Shown in pieces: positions 59,401-64,000 of a stretch of 64,000 bases of DNA. Each line of letters opens with the position of its first letter. Position 1 is the first letter of the stretch. The notes under the pieces are model-generated. The model was not told the origin of the DNA. It saw nothing but the letters and a program-made list of their open reading frames with translations, and searched no databases. The DNA is taken from assembly GCA_964016885.1 (NCBI GenBank), contig OZ024743.1:129828001-129892000 (forward strand). The letters run 5' to 3'. The position numbers were made by a program, and so were the translations under genes. The DNA is from Eledone cirrhosa (lineage: Eukaryota).

Positions 59401-62400
59401 CACCAAGCACCAAACACCAAACACCAAGCACCAAGCACCAAGCATCAAAAACCATGCATCAAAAACCAAACACCTAACACCAAGCACCAAACACCAAGCA
59501 CCAAGCACCAAGCACCAAGCACCCAGCACCAAACACCAAGCACCAATCATCAAGCACCAAACACGAAGCACCAAGCTCCAAGCACCAAACACCAAGCACC
59601 AAAAACCAAACACCAAGCACCATGCACCAAGCACCAAACACCAAACACCAAGCACCAAGCACCAAACACCAAACACCAAGCACCAAACACCAAACACCAA
59701 ACACCAAACACCAAGCACCAACACCAAACAACATGCACCAGGCACCAAACACCAAGCACCAAACACCAAACACCAAGCACCAAAGACCAAGCACCAAGCA
59801 CCAAGCACCAAACACCAAGCACCAAGCACCAAGCACCAAACACCAAGCACCAAGCACCAAACACCAACCACCCATCACCAAGCACCAAGCACCAAGCACC
59901 AAACACCAAACACCAACCACCAAGCACCAAGCACCAAACACCAAGCACCAAGCACCAAGCACCAAACACCAAGCCCCAAGCACCAAGCACCTTACACCAA
60001 GCACCAAACACCAAGCACCAAGCACCTAGCACCAAAAACCAAACACCAAGCACCAAACACCAAACACCAAACACCAAGCACCAAGCACCAATCACCAAAC
60101 AACAAGCACCAGGCTCCAAGCACCAAACACCAAACACCAAGCACCAAGTACCAAAGACCAAACACCAAGCACCAAGCACCAAACACGAAGCACCAAAGAC
60201 CAAACACCAAACAGCAAACACCAAACACCAAACAGCAAACACCAAACACGAAACACCAAACAGCAAACACCAAACACGAAACAGCAAACACCATACAGCA
60301 AACACCAAACACCAAAAAGCAGACACCAAACAGCAAACACCAAGCACCAAACACCAAACACCAAGTACCAAGCACCAAACACCAAGCACCAAGCACCAAA
60401 CACCAAACCCCAAGCACCGAGCACCAAACACTAATCACCAAGCACCAAGCACCAAGCACCAAGCACCAAACACCAAAGACCAAGCACCAAAGACCAAGCA
60501 CCAAGCACCAAGCACCAAACACCAAGCACCAAGCACCAAGCACCAAACACCAAGCACCAAGCACCAAACACCAACCACCTAGCACCAAGCACCAAGCGCA
60601 AAACACCAAGAACCAAGCACCAAACACCAAGCACCAAGCACAAAGTACAAACAACAAGCACCAAGCACCAAACACCAAGCATCAAACACCAAACACCAAA
60701 GACCAAGCACCAAGCACCAAACACCAAGCACCAAGCACCAAGCACCAAACACCAAACACCAAGCACCAAGCACCAAGCACCAAACACCAAGAACCAAGCA
60801 CCAAACACCAAGCACCAAGCACCAAGTACAAACAACAAGCACCAAGCACCAAGCACCAAACACCAAGCACCAAGCACCAAGCACCAAACACCAAACACCA
60901 AACACCAAGCACCAAGCACCAAGCACCAAACACCAAGCACCAAACACCAAGCACCAGGCACCAAACACCAAACACAAAGCACCAAGCACCAAGCATCAAA
61001 CACCAAGCATCAAAAACCAAACACCAAACAGCAAACACCAAACACCAAACACCAAACATCAAACGACAAACACCAAACACCAAGCACCAAGCACCAAGCA
61101 CCAAGCACAAAGCACCAAGCAACAAACACAAAGCACCAAGCACCAAGCACCAAACAGCAAACACCAAACACCAAACAGCAAACAGCAAACACCAAACACC
61201 AAACAGCAAACACTAAACACCAAACACCAAACACCAAGCACCAAGCACCAAACACCAAGCACCAAGCAACAAGCACCAATCACCAAGCACCAAGCACCAA
61301 ACACCAAACACCAAGAACCAAGCACCAAACACCAAACACCAAGCACCAAGCACCAAACACCAAACACCAAGCACCAGTCACCAAGCACCAAGCACCAAGC
61401 ACCAAGCACCAAACACCAAGCACCAAGCAACAAGCACCAAACACCAAATACCAAGCACCAAACACCAAACACCAAGCACCAAGCACCAAACACCAAGCAC
61501 CAAGCACCAAGCACCAAACACCAAGCACCAAGCACCAAGCACCCAGCGCCAAACACCAAACATCAAACAGCAAACAGCAAACAGCAAACAACAAACACCA
61601 AACGCCAAACAGCAAACGCCAAACACCAAACGCCAAACAGCAAGCACCAAAAACCAAACACCAAACACCAAGCACCAAGCACCAAAAACCAAACACCAAG
61701 CACCAAGCACTAAACACCAAACACCAAGCACCAATCACCAAGCACCAAACACCAAGAACCAAACACCAAGCACCAGACACCAAGCACCAAGCACCAAGCA
61801 CCAAGCACCAAACACCAAGCACCAAGCACCAAACACCAAGCACCAAGCGCCAAACACCAAACACCAAGCACCAAGCCCCAAATACCAAGCACCAAGCACC
61901 AAGCACCAAACACCAAACACCAAACACCAAACACCAAACAGCAAACAGCAAACACCAAACACCAAACACCAAAGAGCAAACAGCAAACACCAAACACCAA
62001 ACAGCAACCAGCAAACACCAAACACCAAACACCAAACAGCAAACGCCAAACATCAAATGCCAAACACCAAACGCCAAACAGCAAACGCCAAACACCAAAC
62101 GCAAATCAGCAAGCACCAAGCACCAAACACCAAACACCAAGCACCAAACACCAAACACCAAACACCAAGCACCAAGCACCAAACACCAAACACCAAGCAC
62201 CAAGCACCAAACACCAAGAACCAAGCACCAAGCACTAAACACCAAACACCAAGCACCAAGCACCAAACACCAAACACCAAGCACCAAGCACCAAACACCA
62301 AACACCACACACCAAGCACCAAGCACCAAACCCCAAGCACCAGACACCAAGCACCAATCAACAAACACCAAATACCAAGCACCAAGCACTAAACACCAAA

Positions 62401-64000
62401 AACCAAGCACCAAGCACAAAGGACCAAGCACCAAACACCAAATGCCAATCACCAAACACCAAGCACCAAGCACCAAACACCAAGCACCAAGCGCCAAAGA
62501 CCAAACACCAAGCACCAAGCACCAAACACCAAGCACCAAGCTCCGAGCACCAAACACCAAGCACCAAGCACCAATCACCAAATACCAAGCACCTAGCACC
62601 AAACACCAAACACCAAGCACCAAGCACCAAACACCAAATACCAAGCACCAAGCACTAAACACCAAACACCAAGCACCAAGCACCAAGCACCTAGCACCAA
62701 GCACCAAACACCAAGCACCAATCACCAAACACCAAACACAAAACACCAAGTACCAAGCACCAAACAACAAACACCAAACACCAAGCACCAAGCACCAAAC
62801 ACCAAGCATCAAGCACCAAGCACCAAACAACAAGCACCAAGCACCAAGAACCTAACACCAAGCACCAAGCACCAAACACCAAACGCCTAGCACCAAGCAC
62901 CAAACACCAAGCACCAAGCACAAAGCACCAAAAGCCAAGCACCAAGCACCAAGCACCAAACACCAAACAGCAAGCACCAAGTACCACACATCAAACACCA
63001 AGCACCAAACACCAAACACCAGGCCCAAACTCCAAGCACCAATCACCAAGCACCAAGCACCAAGCACCAAGCACCAAGCACCAAACACCAAGCACCAAGC
63101 GCCAAACACCAAACACCAAGCACCAAGCACAAAGCACCAATCACCAAACACCAAGCACCAAGCACCAAACACCAAACACCAAGCACCAAGCACCAAACAC
63201 CAAACAACAAGTACGAAGCACAAGCACCAAACACCAAGCACCAAGCACCAAGCACCAAACACCAAACACCAAACACCAAAGAGCAAACACCAAACACCAA
63301 ACATCTAATACAAAACACCAAACAGCAAACACCAAACAGCAAACACCAAACACCAAACAGCAAACACCAAACAGCAAACACCAAACACCAAATACCAAAC
63401 AGAAAATGCCAAACATCAAACGACAAACACCAAACGCCAAGCACCAAGCACCAAGCACCAAGCACAAAGCACCAAGCACCAAACACCAAGCACCAAGCAC
63501 CAAGCACCAAACACCAAGCACCACGCACCAAACACCAAACACCAAACACCAAGCTCCAAGCACCAAACCCCAAGCACCAGACACCAAGCACCAATCAACA
63601 AACACCAAATACCAAGCACCAAGCACCAAAAACCAAGCACCAAGCACAAAGCACCAAGCACCAAACACCAAATGCCAAACACCAAACACCAAGCACCAAG
63701 CACCAATCACCAAGCACCAAGCGCCAAAGACCAAGCACCAAGCACCAAGCACCAAACACCAAGCACCAAGCTCCGAGCAACAAACACCAAGCACCAAGCA
63801 CCAAGCACCAAATACCAAGCACCTAGCACCAAACATCAAACACCAAGCACCAAGCACCAAACACCAAACACCAAGCACCAAGCACCAAACACCAAACACC
63901 AAGCACCAAGCACCAAACACCAAGAACCAAGCACCAAGCACTAAACACCAAACACCAAGCACCAAGCACCAAACACCAAACACCAAGCACCAAGAACCAA
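44717..64000. repeat. 11,076-bp near-identical tandem duplication (copy 1 ~44717-55792; copy 2 from ~55793, truncated by the window end)
   Basis: The offset is a constant 11076 for ORF pairs 44781/55857, 45034/56110, 46377/57453, 48007/59083, 50204/61280 and 52596/63672. Only a few substitutions were seen. Confidence 0.95.
48040..55760. repeat. Older ~5.1-kb-offset duplication inside the 11-kb unit (~48040-50650 vs ~53130-55760)
   Basis: ORF pairs 48182/53272 and 48546/53636 have offset 5090; 49355/54424 has 5069; 50204/55308 has 5104. Shared private variants include TAACAAG, CACCCAT, CGCAAAA and CACCAGT. Confidence 0.87.

Larger units (their letters stand above)
1..64000. repeat. Heptamer tandem satellite array (CACCAAG/CACCAAA)n, single orientation, extending past both window edges
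   Basis: Every line parses into 7-mers CACCAAR or 1-2 nt variants (CAGCAAA, CACCAAT, CACTAAA, GACCAAG, CCCCAAG, CACCTAG, CATCAAA etc.). The + strand is almost only A and C with few G and very few T. All ORF translations are the same heptapeptide repeat. No unique insert was seen. Confidence 0.99.

Noticed and set aside
1-64000. CRISPR array or other repeat-spacer system
   Set aside because: There are no unique spacers, no 23-50 bp repeats separated by unrelated sequence, and no cas or other genes.
1-64000. Bacterial heptamer repeats (cyanobacterial STRR-type or contingency loci)
   Set aside because: Those are short tracts lying between or within genes. A gene-free array of at least 64 kb with HORs does not fit, although the source organism cannot be established here.
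1-64000. Pure sequencing or basecalling artefact
   Set aside because: Rare variants are reproduced in the same order across copies with graded divergence, which random error would not produce. Copy number of the youngest duplications still needs read support.
1-64000. Canonical telomerase-synthesised telomere tract
   Set aside because: The unit does not match a telomere repeat I recognise, lacks GGG runs, and shows inherited kb-scale variant patterns.
1-64000. tRNA, rRNA, structured ncRNA, terminators, transposon ends
   Set aside because: The near absence of T and scarcity of G on the + strand preclude stable hairpins or inverted repeats, and no non-satellite insert was seen.

Overview
The whole 64 kb window is one uninterrupted, single-orientation heptamer satellite, consensus (CACCAAR)n on the + strand: CACCAAG and CACCAAA intermixed, (YTTGGTG)n on the - strand, roughly 9,100 units. 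I found no unique sequence, gene, RNA gene, transposon or CRISPR array. All listed ORFs (HQAPSTK/HQTPNTK on +, LVLGAWC/LVFGVWC on -) are by-products of a 7-mer that has no stop codon in any of the six frames. The informative signal lies in the variant units. Point-variant heptamers recur in a conserved order, which exposes nested higher-order repeats (HORs): about 0.17, 0.45, 0.9-1.0, 1.4, 2.15, 2.69, about 3.3/6.5, about 5.1, about 7.6-7.95 and 11.076 kb. I also see CAGCAAA-rich subdomains, strong conservation of the 7-bp phase, paired CpG/TpG variants suggestive of methylation-driven decay, and a more divergent sub-family block near 50-53 kb. The most likely source is heterochromatic (centromeric, pericentromeric or subtelomeric) eukaryotic satellite, but the organism and function cannot be determined from this sequence. 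I found no evidence for a novel gene-encoded system. Offsets come from the ORF track and spot checks by eye; boundaries are approximate.
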